This document shows, piece by piece, positions 27,092-36,700 of a stretch of DNA of 40,741 bases. The stretch covers positions 1 through 40,741 of the IMG/VR virus record IMGVR_UViG_2541047784_000010; one strand, given 5' to 3'. The position numbers and the translations under genes were made by a program. Origin of the DNA: a virus. Its lineage: Duplodnaviria > Heunggongvirae > Uroviricota > Caudoviricetes. Every line of letters begins with the position of its first letter. Position 1 is the first letter of the stretch. A model generated the notes under the pieces. That model had not been told where the DNA came from. It saw only the letters and a list, made by a program, of their open reading frames with translations, and ran no database searches.

Positions 27092-28510
27092 ATGCCGATT
27101 CAGCAACTTCCGCTTATGAAAGGTGTCGGAAAAGACTTCCGAAACGCCGACTATATCGACTATCTGCCAGTGAATATGCTGGCTACACCCAAAGAAATCC
27201 TCAACAGCAGCGGATATCTTCGCTCATTCCCTGGCATTGCCAAACGTTCTGATGTGAACGGCGTATCTCGCGGCGTCGAGTACAACATGGCACAGAGTGC
27301 TGTTTATCGCGTATGTGGTGGCAAGCTGTATAAGGGCGAAAGTGAAGTCGGTGATGTTGCCGGAAGTGGTCGTGTATCAATGGCGCATGGTCGGACATCT
27401 CAGGCTGTAGGCGTTAATGGTCAACTGGTCGAATACCGCTATGATGGCACGGTTAAAACCGTCTCAAACTGGCCTACAGACAGCGGATTCACACAGTACG
27501 AGTTAGGTTCAGTTCGCGACATTACGCGCTTACGTGGGCGTTATGCGTGGTCAAAAGACGGCACTGATTCGTGGTTTATCACTGACCTTGAAGACGAATC
27601 GCATCCTGACCGTTACAGTGCACAATATCGTGCCGAGTCTCAGCCTGACGGAATCATCGGCATCGGCACATGGCGAGACTTCATCGTCTGCTTTGGTTCA
27701 TCGACGATTGAATATTTCTCCCTGACTGGAGCAACCACTGTTGGTGCCGCTTTGTATGTCGCACAGCCATCGCTGATGGTGCAAAAAGGAATAGCCGGAA
27801 CCTACTGCAAAACGCCGTTTGCTGATTCTTATGCGTTCATCAGCAATCCTGCAACAGGTGCGCCGTCTGTGTATATCATCGGCTCCGGTCAGGTATCACC
27901 AATAGCCAGCGCGAGCATTGAGAAAATCCTCCGCTCCTACACTGCTGATGAACTGGCTGATGGCGTGATGGAATCGTTGCGGTTTGATGCTCATGAGTTG
28001 CTGATTATTCACCTGCCGCGCCACGTCCTCGTGTACGACGCATCTTCAAGCGCCAATGGTCCGCAATGGTGTGTACTGAAAACAGGCCTGTATGACGATG
28101 TGTACCGCGCTATCGACTTCATTTACGAAGGCAACCAAATTACGTGCGGCGATAAGCTGGAATCGGTGACCGGGAAATTGCAGTTCGACATCAGCAGCCA
28201 GTACGACAAGCAACAGGAACACCTGCTGTTTACTCCACTGTTCAAAGCGGATAACGCCAGATGCTTCGATCTGGAGGTGGAATCATCCACTGGCGTAGCT
28301 CAGTACGCCGACCGCCTGTTCCTCTCTGCAACCACTGACGGCATCAATTACGGACGTGAGCAGATGATTGGGCAGAATGAACCGTTCGTTTACGACAAAC
28401 GCGTTTTGTGGAAGCGAGTAGGGCGCATCAGGAAAAATGTCGGCTTCAAATTGCGCGTTATCACGAAGTCACCTGTCACTCTGTCTGGCGCTCAGATAAG
28501 GATCGAGTAA
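27092..28510 (+). CDS. Tail hub / DNA stabilisation protein (P22 gp10-like)
   Basis: 472 aa (P22 gp10 length); synteny. Confidence 0.7.
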   Translation: MPIQQLPLMKGVGKDFRNADYIDYLPVNMLATPKEILNSSGYLRSFPGIAKRSDVNGVSRGVEYNMAQSAVYRVCGGKLYKGESEVGDVAGSGRVSMAHGRTSQAVGVNGQLVEYRYDGTVKTVSNWPTDSGFTQYELGSVRDITRLRGRYAWSKDGTDSWFITDLEDESHPDRYSAQYRAESQPDGIIGIGTWRDFIVCFGSSTIEYFSLTGATTVGAALYVAQPSLMVQKGIAGTYCKTPFADSYAFISNPATGAPSVYIIGSGQVSPIASASIEKILRSYTADELADGVMESLRFDAHELLIIHLPRHVLVYDASSSANGPQWCVLKTGLYDDVYRAIDFIYEGNQITCGDKLESVTGKLQFDISSQYDKQQEHLLFTPLFKADNARCFDLEVESSTGVAQYADRLFLSATTDGINYGREQMIGQNEPFVYDKRVLWKRVGRIRKNVGFKLRVITKSPVTLSGAQIRIE

Positions 28511-29211
28511 TGGCTGATTCGAATCTCAACACCCCTGTTATTGTGCAGGCGACGCGGCTCGATACATCAATCCTTCCACGCAATATATTCAGCCAGTCTT
28601 ACCTGCTGTATGTCATTAATCAGGGGGCTGATGTCGGCGCAATTGCCGGGAAGGCAAATCAGGCTGGTCAGGGCGCTTACGATGCTCAGGTGAAAAACGA
28701 TGAACAGGACGTCGAACTGGCAGATCACGATTCAAGAATCACCGCAAACACAAAAGCGATTAATCTCCTTGAGGTCAGGTTAACAACCGCCGAAGGGAAG
28801 ATAGTCGTACTGCGTAGCGATGTTGATTACTTGCTGGATGAGGTTATCGATATTCAGGCGCATCTGGTCACTGTTGACAAAAGACTGGATGGCGTAGAAA
28901 GCGATGTATCTGACATTAAGAGTGATTACGTATCGAAAACCGTAACCGAATCGCAGTCTCTTGCGTCACCGCTGGATGTAAAAACATCATATTCAGTTGA
29001 TGGAATTCAGGTCGTTGGAGCAAGAAATACCGGATGGACTGCAGCCACAGGTACACCTCTTCTTGGCTCATTCAACGCTAACCAGTCATACACGGTCGGC
29101 ACTACGTACACACAATCCGAAGTCGCGGCTCTCGCTACAGGTTTGCAGCAGGCGCGGCAGCGTATTCTGGCGCTTGAAACAGCACTTAGATTACATGGGC
29201 TGATTGACTGA
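28510..29211 (+). CDS. Tail needle protein (P22 gp26-like)
   Basis: 233 aa from [18 protein letters not shown] (ATG overlaps gp10 stop); trimeric coiled-coil heptads; strong resemblance to P22 gp26 as recalled. Confidence 0.85.
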   Translation: MADSNLNTPVIVQATRLDTSILPRNIFSQSYLLYVINQGADVGAIAGKANQAGQGAYDAQVKNDEQDVELADHDSRITANTKAINLLEVRLTTAEGKIVVLRSDVDYLLDEVIDIQAHLVTVDKRLDGVESDVSDIKSDYVSKTVTESQSLASPLDVKTSYSVDGIQVVGARNTGWTAATGTPLLGSFNANQSYTVGTTYTQSEVAALATGLQQARQRILALETALRLHGLID

Positions 29212-29666
29212 TGATTACATTCAAACCAACGCGAAACATCGACCTGATAGAAGCAGTCGGAAATCACCCTGACATTATTGCCGGGAGCAACAACGGCGAT
29301 GGATACGACTACAAGCCTGAATGCCGTTACTTTGAGGTTAACGTGCACGGGCAGTTCGGCGGCATTGTTTACTATCAGGAGATTCAGCCGCTGACATTCG
29401 ATTGCCACGCCATGTACCTGCCAGAGATTCGCGGCTTCAGCAAGGAAATCGGGCTGGCGTTCTGGCGATACATTCTGACTAACACCACCGTTCAGTGCGT
29501 CACATCGTTCGCCGCACGCAAATTCCGCCACGGGCAGATTTACTGCGCAATGATTGGCCTTAAGCGTGTCGGAACCATCAAGAAATACTTTAAAGGCGTG
29601 GATGACGTGACTTTTTACAGCGCCACACGCGAAGAACTAATCGACTTCCTGAATCACGGGAGATAG
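29211..29666 (+). CDS. P22 gp14-like protein
   Basis: 151 aa; synteny after tail needle. Confidence 0.5.
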   Translation: MITFKPTRNIDLIEAVGNHPDIIAGSNNGDGYDYKPECRYFEVNVHGQFGGIVYYQEIQPLTFDCHAMYLPEIRGFSKEIGLAFWRYILTNTTVQCVTSFAARKFRHGQIYCAMIGLKRVGTIKKYFKGVDDVTFYSATREELIDFLNHGR

Positions 29667-29668
29667 CC

Positions 29669-30361
29669 ATGTTATATGCATTTAAGCTGGGCAGAAAACT
29701 GCGCGGCGAGGAACCTTATTGCCCTGAAAAAGGCGGGAAAGGTGGCAGTTCTGATAAAAGCGCAAAGTATGCCGCAGAAGCTCAGAAGTATGCAGCAAAC
29801 CTGCAAAATCAGCAGTTCAACACCATCATGAACAACCTGAAGCCGTTTACTCCTCTGGCTGATAAGTATGTCGGCAGCCTCGAGAACTTATCGTCTCTGG
29901 AGGGGCAAGGTCAGGCACTTAACCAGTATTACAACTCTCAGCAGTACAAAGATCTTGCTGGTCAGGCTCGTTATCAGAGTCTGGCGGCAGCGGAAGCAAC
30001 AGGTGGATTGGGTTCCACCGCAACCAGTAATCAGTTAGCAACAATCGCACCAACGCTTGGTCAGCAATGGCTATCTGGACAAATGAACAATTACAACAAC
30101 CTGGCAAATATCGGTCTTGGCGCTCTTCAGGGACAGGCAAACGCCGGGCAAACATATGCCAACAACATGAGTCAGATTTCACAGCAAAGCGCGGCTCTTG
30201 CAGCGGCAAACGCCAACAGACCATCAGCAATGCAATCTGCTATTGGCGGAGGTGCGTCTGGTGCCATTGCTGGGGCTGGACTTGCGAAATTAATTGGTTC
30301 ATCAACTCCGTGGGGGGCTGCGATCGGCGGCGGTCTTGGTCTGCTTGGCTCGTTGTTTTAA
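29669..30361 (+). CDS. Ejection protein (P22 gp7-like)
   Basis: 230 aa, Gln/Ala/Asn-rich low-complexity, Gly-rich C-terminus; synteny. Confidence 0.6.
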   Translation: MLYAFKLGRKLRGEEPYCPEKGGKGGSSDKSAKYAAEAQKYAANLQNQQFNTIMNNLKPFTPLADKYVGSLENLSSLEGQGQALNQYYNSQQYKDLAGQARYQSLAAAEATGGLGSTATSNQLATIAPTLGQQWLSGQMNNYNNLANIGLGALQGQANAGQTYANNMSQISQQSAALAAANANRPSAMQSAIGGGASGAIAGAGLAKLIGSSTPWGAAIGGGLGLLGSLF

Positions 30362-30371
30362 GGGGTAATCA

Positions 30372-31721
30372 ATGGCTACGTGGCAACAGGGTATTAATTC
30401 TGGTGGTTTTCTGGCTGGCATCGGTACGCAAAATGAGAATGCGCCAAAGGCAAGCGACATTAACGCAACGCTTGGTCTGATCCGCGAAAACAATGAACTG
30501 GCTCGCTCAGGTGCAAATAACATTGGTCTGACCGCGTTACGTGGTCTGGCTGGAGTTGCTGATATTTACAATCAGGAACAGCAACAGAAAGCTATTAGTG
30601 CGTTCAATAAGGTTCACGCTGATGCATGGGCTTCTGGTGATCCATCTGGACTATTTAAGTTTGCCCAGGAAAATCCAGCGTTTGTTGCACAGGCACAACA
30701 GGCGTTTTCCGGTCTTAATGAGCAGCAACGCAACGATATGGGCGATTTAGCCATGAGGGCTAACGTCGCTCTTTCTCAGGGACCGGAAGCCTACAGTAAA
30801 TTCATTACTGACAACAAGGACAGGTTAAATCGCGTTGGTGCTAATGCTGACTGGATGATTCAGACAGGTATCCAGAATCCAGAGCAGCTATCACACATGC
30901 TGACTACTATGTCTCTCGGTGCGCTTGGACCAGAAAAGGCGTTTGCTGTTCAGGATAAGATGGTTGGTCGCCAGCAGGAGCAGCAAAGAATTAACGAAAC
31001 CATTCGCAATAATGACATGACGAATGCGAGGGCTATTAGGGGGCAGGATCTTTCCTATAAGGCTCAAATGGCAAGACTGAATCACGACAAGTATGTGTTT
31101 AAGCAGTCACAGGCGGCCCTTGAAAGAGCAGGACAACTTCAGGATATGGATGTTTTGTCTCTTAACTCACAGATAGCAGCGACGGGAATTGATCCGCTAA
31201 CCGGTAAAGCTGCAACGTCAGCCAGAATGTCTCAGGCTAAGAGATGGCTTGATGGCAACAATAATTACAACAATGCGTTGATTACTGGTGAGCGAGGGAT
31301 AGAGAAAATTGATTCTTTGCTTGGTAAGAAGGAGCTTGAAGGTATTGGTCGCTTCGAAGGAAGAAATATAGATGGCTTCACAAGTGCTGAAGGGCTTGCA
31401 AACCGTAATGCGATAGAAGAATTAAAGTCGGGTGCGTTTGTCCAGAACGTGCAGACTATGCGAGGTATGGGTAGCCTCTCCAATGCTGAAGGCCAAAAAC
31501 TGGAAAACCTGATCGCGAAACTCGATATAACACAGCCTGAAGAGGTCGTCAGAAAACAGTTATCTGAAATACGATCTCAATATTCTGTATTTCAAAAGGT
31601 TGCAGCAAGGGAGGCTGAATCAATGGGATATAGTTCATCAGGTTATGACACATATGTTAGTGAGCGAAAATCAGGAAGCGACAGCAATAAGTCCGGTTTC
31701 TCGTCTTTATGGGGTGATTAA
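30372..31721 (+). CDS. Ejection protein (P22 gp20-like)
   Basis: 449 aa; synteny. Confidence 0.6.
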   Translation: MATWQQGINSGGFLAGIGTQNENAPKASDINATLGLIRENNELARSGANNIGLTALRGLAGVADIYNQEQQQKAISAFNKVHADAWASGDPSGLFKFAQENPAFVAQAQQAFSGLNEQQRNDMGDLAMRANVALSQGPEAYSKFITDNKDRLNRVGANADWMIQTGIQNPEQLSHMLTTMSLGALGPEKAFAVQDKMVGRQQEQQRINETIRNNDMTNARAIRGQDLSYKAQMARLNHDKYVFKQSQAALERAGQLQDMDVLSLNSQIAATGIDPLTGKAATSARMSQAKRWLDGNNNYNNALITGERGIEKIDSLLGKKELEGIGRFEGRNIDGFTSAEGLANRNAIEELKSGAFVQNVQTMRGMGSLSNAEGQKLENLIAKLDITQPEEVVRKQLSEIRSQYSVFQKVAAREAESMGYSSSGYDTYVSERKSGSDSNKSGFSSLWGD

Positions 31722-33880
31722 TGGCTAAAGCATGGAAAGATGTTATCGCTTCTCCACAGTATCAGGCGTTAACTGAAGAACAGAAAGCACAGGCTCAAGC
31801 GCAATATTTTGATGAGGTTGTTGCCCCTAAGGCTGGTGACAAATGGGCTGAAGCAAGAGAGCAGTTTTATGCAGCATACCCTCCGCCTCAGCAGCAGAAA
31901 GAAGAACCATCATTGATGCAACAAGCTGGCGATTGGCTCACTGGTGGTCAAAGTGCAGGGCAAATTGCAGAGCAGGCTGGTCGTGGTCTGGTAAACATAC
32001 CATTTGACGTATTGCAGGGTGGCGCAAGTCTGATTAATGCAATCAGCCAGGGGCTTGGTGGCCCCAAGGTTTTGGATGATGTCTATCGTCCAGTCGATCG
32101 ACCGACAGACCCTTACGCGCAAGCCGGTGAAACAATTGGTGGGTATCTCCTGCCAATTGGCACAGCAGCAAAAGCTGCTGGAGCGCCAGCAAAGCTCGCA
32201 GGAGACATCGGTTCCGCAGGAAACATGATTGCCGGTTCTCTTGCTGATGCTGCAAATCAGGAGGGTGATTTTGCACAAAATGCTGCCATTAACGGTGGTA
32301 TCAATATTGGTGCTCAAGGCGTTCTTTCAGGTGTCGGGCGCGTTATTGCGCCAAGGGTTTCACAGGCTCTTGGTGGTGCAGCACTGAATTCTGCTAATGA
32401 TGTTTCCAGGATGGCAAAGTCAGGTGCTGGGCGTCAGTCAATTGCCAGTCAGGCCGCTAATGTGTCCGAAGATGTAGCAAAAGCGGCTGAGTCTGCTGGA
32501 ATTGATATAAACGCATTAACACCAGGAATGCGATCTGGAAGTCGTGGAATTGCACAAGCCGAAGGCGCATTGGCATCAACACCAGGGATTGTTCAGGATG
32601 CCCATCAGGCAGCATTTAACGAAATATCATCAAAGTTAAGTCGAAACCTTGATGAATTTGGGGCCGCATCTGGAACGGCATCAGAAAAAAGTGCGGCTAT
32701 AAAACAAAGGATTCTTCAAAATCTTGATCAGATGAAGGATGCTGAGCGCGCGGCATGGGATGACGTGCGGTCAACAATGCCAAATCAAAAAGCAAGAATG
32801 CTAAATGGTAATGCCGTTATTCAGGCAGAGCGATCTGCTGGCATACCGCTTACTCCTGAAATGAAACAGTTTGTTCAGGCAAACAATCAAGGTGGAGTAA
32901 CATTTGATGGCATGAAAGCATGGAGAGCGAAATTTGCTGATGCGGAGCAAAAATATAAGCGTAGCGGAGAGGCAAATGCGGCAAGGAGAGCAGGGGAAAT
33001 ACGCCGGGCAATTACTGATGATATGCGCACAATGGCGGAAAACGGCGGATTTCTTGATGACTGGCAGAAAGCTAATGATCTGTCTAAAGCGAGGTTATCA
33101 GCACAAGAGAGTGCAGAGTCTGTTTTCGGGCGTGATTTGGCAACAGATGCACTGATTACGAATGGAGTAAAATCCCTTCAATCATCGTCAGCTAAAGGTC
33201 TTAATGGTCCTGCTGGGTTCCATTCTATGATCCGCGCGCTGCCAGAATCAGAGCGTGTTCCTGCTATATCATCAATGTTGCAAGATGCTATCTCGCATGG
33301 TGTACGTGGTGGCAAAGCTGATGCAGCAGGAATTAACCATATCGCAGGGATACTTACCCCACAAAATGTAAAAGCCATTAGCAGATATTCCTCAGATCTC
33401 GGAAGAATTGCTGATGCATATGGCACTCTTGCAAGAGCGGCAGTGAAACCTCAGCAGTATATTGAAAGAACAGGGAGAACTGCCAATGTACTACGCGATC
33501 TGGATGCTGGTTTATCCAACGTCACATCAACAGTGTTAAATGCAATTGCCAACTCAACATCAGGTGCCATTGTTGGTGGCGCTGGAGGGGGTATTGCAGG
33601 CGCTGCCGCGGGTGCTTTAGTTGGCGCCGGGTTAAAAGGTGCTGTATCTAAAATTGCCACCACGCGTAGCGGTCGATATGCGATAGAGAAAGCAGTTCAG
33701 GAAGCCACGAAAGCAGTAAGAGCTGGCGGAAGTAAAGAAGCATTAGCGGCGGCGGAACGCAGATTTATGGCAAATAAAGCCGCCGTAAAAGCAATACGTG
33801 ATGCAGTTGGAAACGAAGAGTTCAATCGCTTAGCGAGGGCTGGCATTGTAGCGTCGCTAAGCGGAATAGCACAGGAGTAA
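31721..33880 (+). CDS. Ejection / DNA transfer protein (P22 gp16-like)
   Basis: 719 aa Ala/Gly-rich; synteny; last gene of virion operon before immI region. Confidence 0.6.
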   Translation: MAKAWKDVIASPQYQALTEEQKAQAQAQYFDEVVAPKAGDKWAEAREQFYAAYPPPQQQKEEPSLMQQAGDWLTGGQSAGQIAEQAGRGLVNIPFDVLQGGASLINAISQGLGGPKVLDDVYRPVDRPTDPYAQAGETIGGYLLPIGTAAKAAGAPAKLAGDIGSAGNMIAGSLADAANQEGDFAQNAAINGGINIGAQGVLSGVGRVIAPRVSQALGGAALNSANDVSRMAKSGAGRQSIASQAANVSEDVAKAAESAGIDINALTPGMRSGSRGIAQAEGALASTPGIVQDAHQAAFNEISSKLSRNLDEFGAASGTASEKSAAIKQRILQNLDQMKDAERAAWDDVRSTMPNQKARMLNGNAVIQAERSAGIPLTPEMKQFVQANNQGGVTFDGMKAWRAKFADAEQKYKRSGEANAARRAGEIRRAITDDMRTMAENGGFLDDWQKANDLSKARLSAQESAESVFGRDLATDALITNGVKSLQSSSAKGLNGPAGFHSMIRALPESERVPAISSMLQDAISHGVRGGKADAAGINHIAGILTPQNVKAISRYSSDLGRIADAYGTLARAAVKPQQYIERTGRTANVLRDLDAGLSNVTSTVLNAIANSTSGAIVGGAGGGIAGAAAGALVGAGLKGAVSKIATTRSGRYAIEKAVQEATKAVRAGGSKEALAAAERRFMANKAAVKAIRDAVGNEEFNRLARAGIVASLSGIAQE

Positions 33881-34204
33881 TTAATCATCCATGGATGGAT
33901 TGAGCTTATCTCGTGTTGATGTGGCGATTTGTCCTACATTCCTAAGCCAAGATTTCAAATCCTTGATATTGTCATTGATTTCATGAATATCTTCTTTTTT
34001 TAGTCTGTTAATATTATTCTCAATAATTTCAATGGATTGCTCAATATCAGATATAGTGAATGATAGTTTGTTCTTCTCATCTTTTATTGAGTTTTTAAGT
34101 GCTTCGTTCTCAGTCTTGAGGTCAGATATCTTTTGTTTTAAAGATGCCAGTTGGTACTGAACCACAATGAGTGCGATAGCTATCACGATAACTGTTGTAT
34201 ACAC
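33881..34204 (-). CDS. Membrane-anchored coiled-coil protein (107 aa), AT-rich
   Basis: N-terminal TM helix TTVIVIAIALIVVQY followed by heptad-rich sequence; AAGGAG RBS; last gene of mnt operon. Confidence 0.55.
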   Translation of the reverse strand: MYTTVIVIAIALIVVQYQLASLKQKISDLKTENEALKNSIKDEKNKLSFTISDIEQSIEIIENNINRLKKEDIHEINDNIKDLKSWLRNVGQIATSTRDKLNPSMDD

Positions 34205-34225
34205 ACAAATCTCCTTAGTTAGTAG

Positions 34226-34561
34226 CTATTTGGTAACCAAGGCAATAAACAGCGGAGCAAGGATTGCAGATATCATGAGGGCGATAAGCCACTTCTGATT
34301 CTCGTCCATCTTATCTGCTAGGCGACGCTCCATTCCGTGCATGTCGCCACGGATGCCAATCAACTCTTTTCTAGTTTCTGATATTAGCTTTTCTTGGTTG
34401 GCGGCAATCGTTTCAATGCGGGTCATTCTACTGTTCATATCTGATCCTCCTCCATTGCCACCTCCATGTGCTGGCTCTTCTGAGTCTTCAATTCCGATGG
34501 GGGCAAATTCGCTATTCGGAAAAGGATTGTCAGCATCGTAAGCCAACTTCAACTTAGACAT
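34226..34561 (-). CDS. C-tail-anchored membrane protein (111 aa)
   Basis: Gly-rich acidic N-terminal region, C-terminal TM helix WLIALMISAILAPLFIALV; overlaps upstream gene by 8 nt. Confidence 0.55.
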   Translation of the reverse strand: MSKLKLAYDADNPFPNSEFAPIGIEDSEEPAHGGGNGGGSDMNSRMTRIETIAANQEKLISETRKELIGIRGDMHGMERRLADKMDENQKWLIALMISAILAPLFIALVTK

Positions 34562-34919
34562 TGCTGTTTTTCTCCCTTAGATACCAGCTTAACACAACAC
34601 CTGTGTTGTACTGCATAATGTATCCGCAATGCTTGCAAATTACATGATAAGAGTAATTTATTGGGTTGAATGATTCATCTTCGTTTTTTATATATTCACC
34701 ATAATGGGCATGCCTACCCATGATGTCTTTTCCATTATCCTGATTTACAAATTGAACTTGAGGGACAACCATTTCAGACTGCCCGCACATTGGGCATTCG
34801 TCTGGAACACCTTTAGCTCTCAAGAAAGAGTCGAGAACCTTTGTAGTTATAGACGATAGCGCCTTGCGATATTCAGCCTCTCGCAGTTGATCGTCTGAGT
34901 ATCCTGAATTGTCACTCAT
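34554..34919 (-). CDS. Zinc-ribbon protein (121 aa)
   Basis: CPMCG...CKHCG cysteine pairs; ATGA overlap with mnt stop. Confidence 0.55.
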   Translation of the reverse strand: MSDNSGYSDDQLREAEYRKALSSITTKVLDSFLRAKGVPDECPMCGQSEMVVPQVQFVNQDNGKDIMGRHAHYGEYIKNEDESFNPINYSYHVICKHCGYIMQYNTGVVLSWYLREKNSNV

Positions 34920-35167
34920 TTTTCATCCTTACCATACATGGTCTTTAGCGTCTCAACATCGCGTTCAAGATCTATCAATCGTGATGCTATAGTTGCAAGG
35001 TCTAGTGCTTGAATGTGTTTATTTTTTTCGGTCCACGCTTCAAGTGCCGCGACCATCTCAGCATTTAATGAACGAGAATTAGCCTCAGCCAGTTCAATAA
35101 GACGTTCCTTTATCTCTACAGGAAGCCTCAGATTCACTTGAGGGTTTTTGTACTTACGATCAGACAT
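34916..35167 (-). CDS. mnt: Mnt-like ribbon-helix-helix repressor
   Basis: 83 aa (P22 Mnt length); N-terminal RHH motif LRLPVEIKERLIELAEANSRSLNAEMVAAL; divergent from arc-ant. Confidence 0.75.
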   Translation of the reverse strand: MSDRKYKNPQVNLRLPVEIKERLIELAEANSRSLNAEMVAALEAWTEKNKHIQALDLATIASRLIDLERDVETLKTMYGKDEK

Positions 35168-35272
35168 CGGCGCATCCTGAATAATTTTTTACCACAGGAT
35201 ATGTAGGTATCTATTGACTATCAATGCGTACCTAAATACTATGTATGCGTACCGCATACAACGGAGGATGCA
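35168..35272. promoter_or_regulatory. Divergent Pmnt/Pant region with palindromic operators (putative)
   Basis: Pant TTGACT-N17-TACTAT; palindromes TTGA-cta-TCAA (over -35) and perfect TATGCG-tac-CGCATA (35244-35258, at predicted start site before arc RBS). Confidence 0.6.
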
Positions 35273-35413
35273 ATGAAGGTAAAAACACTGCGTATGCCAG
35301 AGAAGTTAGAAAAAATCCTTGAAGAGAAAGCAAAGGAAGAGTGTCGCTCATTTAGTGCAGAAGTAATTAAACGGGTGATGGACAGCCTGAAGAGAGAGGG
35401 GATAACGGTATGA
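35273..35413 (+). CDS. arc: Arc-like ribbon-helix-helix repressor (46 aa, not in ORF track)
   Basis: Hand-translated MKVKTLRMPEKLEKILEEKAKEECRSFSAEVIKRVMDSLKREGITV; matches P22 Arc pattern (LRWPREVLDLVRKVAEENGRSVNSEIYQRVMESFKKEG); RBS GGAGG. Confidence 0.8.
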   Translation: MKVKTLRMPEKLEKILEEKAKEECRSFSAEVIKRVMDSLKREGITV

Positions 35414-35613
35414 GTAAAGAATGTTGTTTCTGCGGCATTAGCGAATCAGACGCTGATCAAACATACATTTACTCTAAAGAAACAGGTCGGATGCTGTGTA
35501 GTGACTGCGTGTTGGACATCATAAGATACAAGCATCTTGGATGTTCTGCCAGCATTAGCAATATAGGTGAAGTATATGAAGGGAAAGATATAACTGATAG
35601 AGCAGAAAGTTGA
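35410..35613 (+). CDS. Small zinc-ribbon protein (67 aa) between arc and ant
   Basis: CCFCG...CSDC cysteine pairs; ATGA-coupled to arc. Confidence 0.5.
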   Translation: MSKECCFCGISESDADQTYIYSKETGRMLCSDCVLDIIRYKHLGCSASISNIGEVYEGKDITDRAES

Positions 35614-35676
35614 AGCCCCAACTGCGGTAACAGTCAGGGCTTCGGTATCGTAAAACCACGCATAGGAATTAACGAC

Positions 35677-36600
35677 ATGAAAAGTATAGCAACAGCAGTA
35701 TCTACTATCAATGTACCATTCCACGGCGCAGAGCTTTATGTTGTCAATCACAACGGCGAACCGTATACCCCAATGAAACCTATCGTTGAGGGAATGGGGC
35801 TAGACTGGAAATCTCAACATAAGAAGATTTCTCAACGCTTCTCGAAGGGTATGGTGGAAATCACCATACCTTCTGCCGGTGGGGTGCAAGCCATGATTTG
35901 TATGGCTTTACGAAAATTGGCAGCTTGGTTGAACAGCATCAGTCCTAACAAAGTCCGCCCTGAAATCCGCGACAAGGTAATCCAGTATCAGGAAGAGTGT
36001 GACGATGTGCTCTACGAGTACTGGACTAAAGGCCATGTAGTTAATCCACGCAAAGCTAAAAAGGCGTTGCCGGGTAAAATCACCACTGAACAGCAGGAAG
36101 CCATTAAACAACTCGTCATGAGTCGCGGTCAGTCTCTGCCAAAAGAAAAACAGGCGAAGGCAATGATTACCATGTGGTCGTCACTGAAATCTCATTTTGG
36201 GTGTTCATACAAAGAAATCAGCGAGGAGCAGTTTACCGAAGCTCTGTCACTTGCAGCTCGCGTTCCGCTTGAAGGCGAGTTTATCGGCAAACAAGAGAAG
36301 AAAACCAACGAGCTTTCTGCAAAAGAAGCAAACAGCCTTGTATGGTTATGGGATTATGCCAACCGCTCACAGGCATTATTCCGCGAACTGTATCCGGCGC
36401 TAAAACAAATTCAATCGAACTATTCCGGCAGATGCTACGACTATGGTCATGAGTTCTCGTATGTTATCGGAATGGCGAGAGACGTTTTAATCAATCACAC
36501 ACGAGATGTTGATATCAATGAGCCAGACGGACCAACGAATCTTTCCGCATGGATGAGACTTAAGAATAAAGAATTACCTCCTTCAGTACATAACTACTGA
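35677..36600 (+). CDS. ant: Antirepressor (Ant-position protein)
   Basis: 307 aa in the position of P22 ant downstream of arc; N-terminus resembles antirepressor N-terminal domain; followed by terminator. Confidence 0.55.
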   Translation: MKSIATAVSTINVPFHGAELYVVNHNGEPYTPMKPIVEGMGLDWKSQHKKISQRFSKGMVEITIPSAGGVQAMICMALRKLAAWLNSISPNKVRPEIRDKVIQYQEECDDVLYEYWTKGHVVNPRKAKKALPGKITTEQQEAIKQLVMSRGQSLPKEKQAKAMITMWSSLKSHFGCSYKEISEEQFTEALSLAARVPLEGEFIGKQEKKTNELSAKEANSLVWLWDYANRSQALFRELYPALKQIQSNYSGRCYDYGHEFSYVIGMARDVLINHTRDVDINEPDGPTNLSAWMRLKNKELPPSVHNY

Positions 36601-36618
36601 CAGATAACCAACGCAACG

Positions 36619-36643
36619 ACCCAGCTTCGGCTGGGTTTTTTTA
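36619..36643 (+). terminator. Rho-independent terminator after ant
   Basis: ACCCAGC-ttcg-GCTGGGT followed by TTTTTTT. Confidence 0.85.
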
Positions 36644-36700
36644 TGCCCAAAATTCACCGTAGCCATGCTGCGGCCATTCCTTGTATCTGGAGCAAATCAA

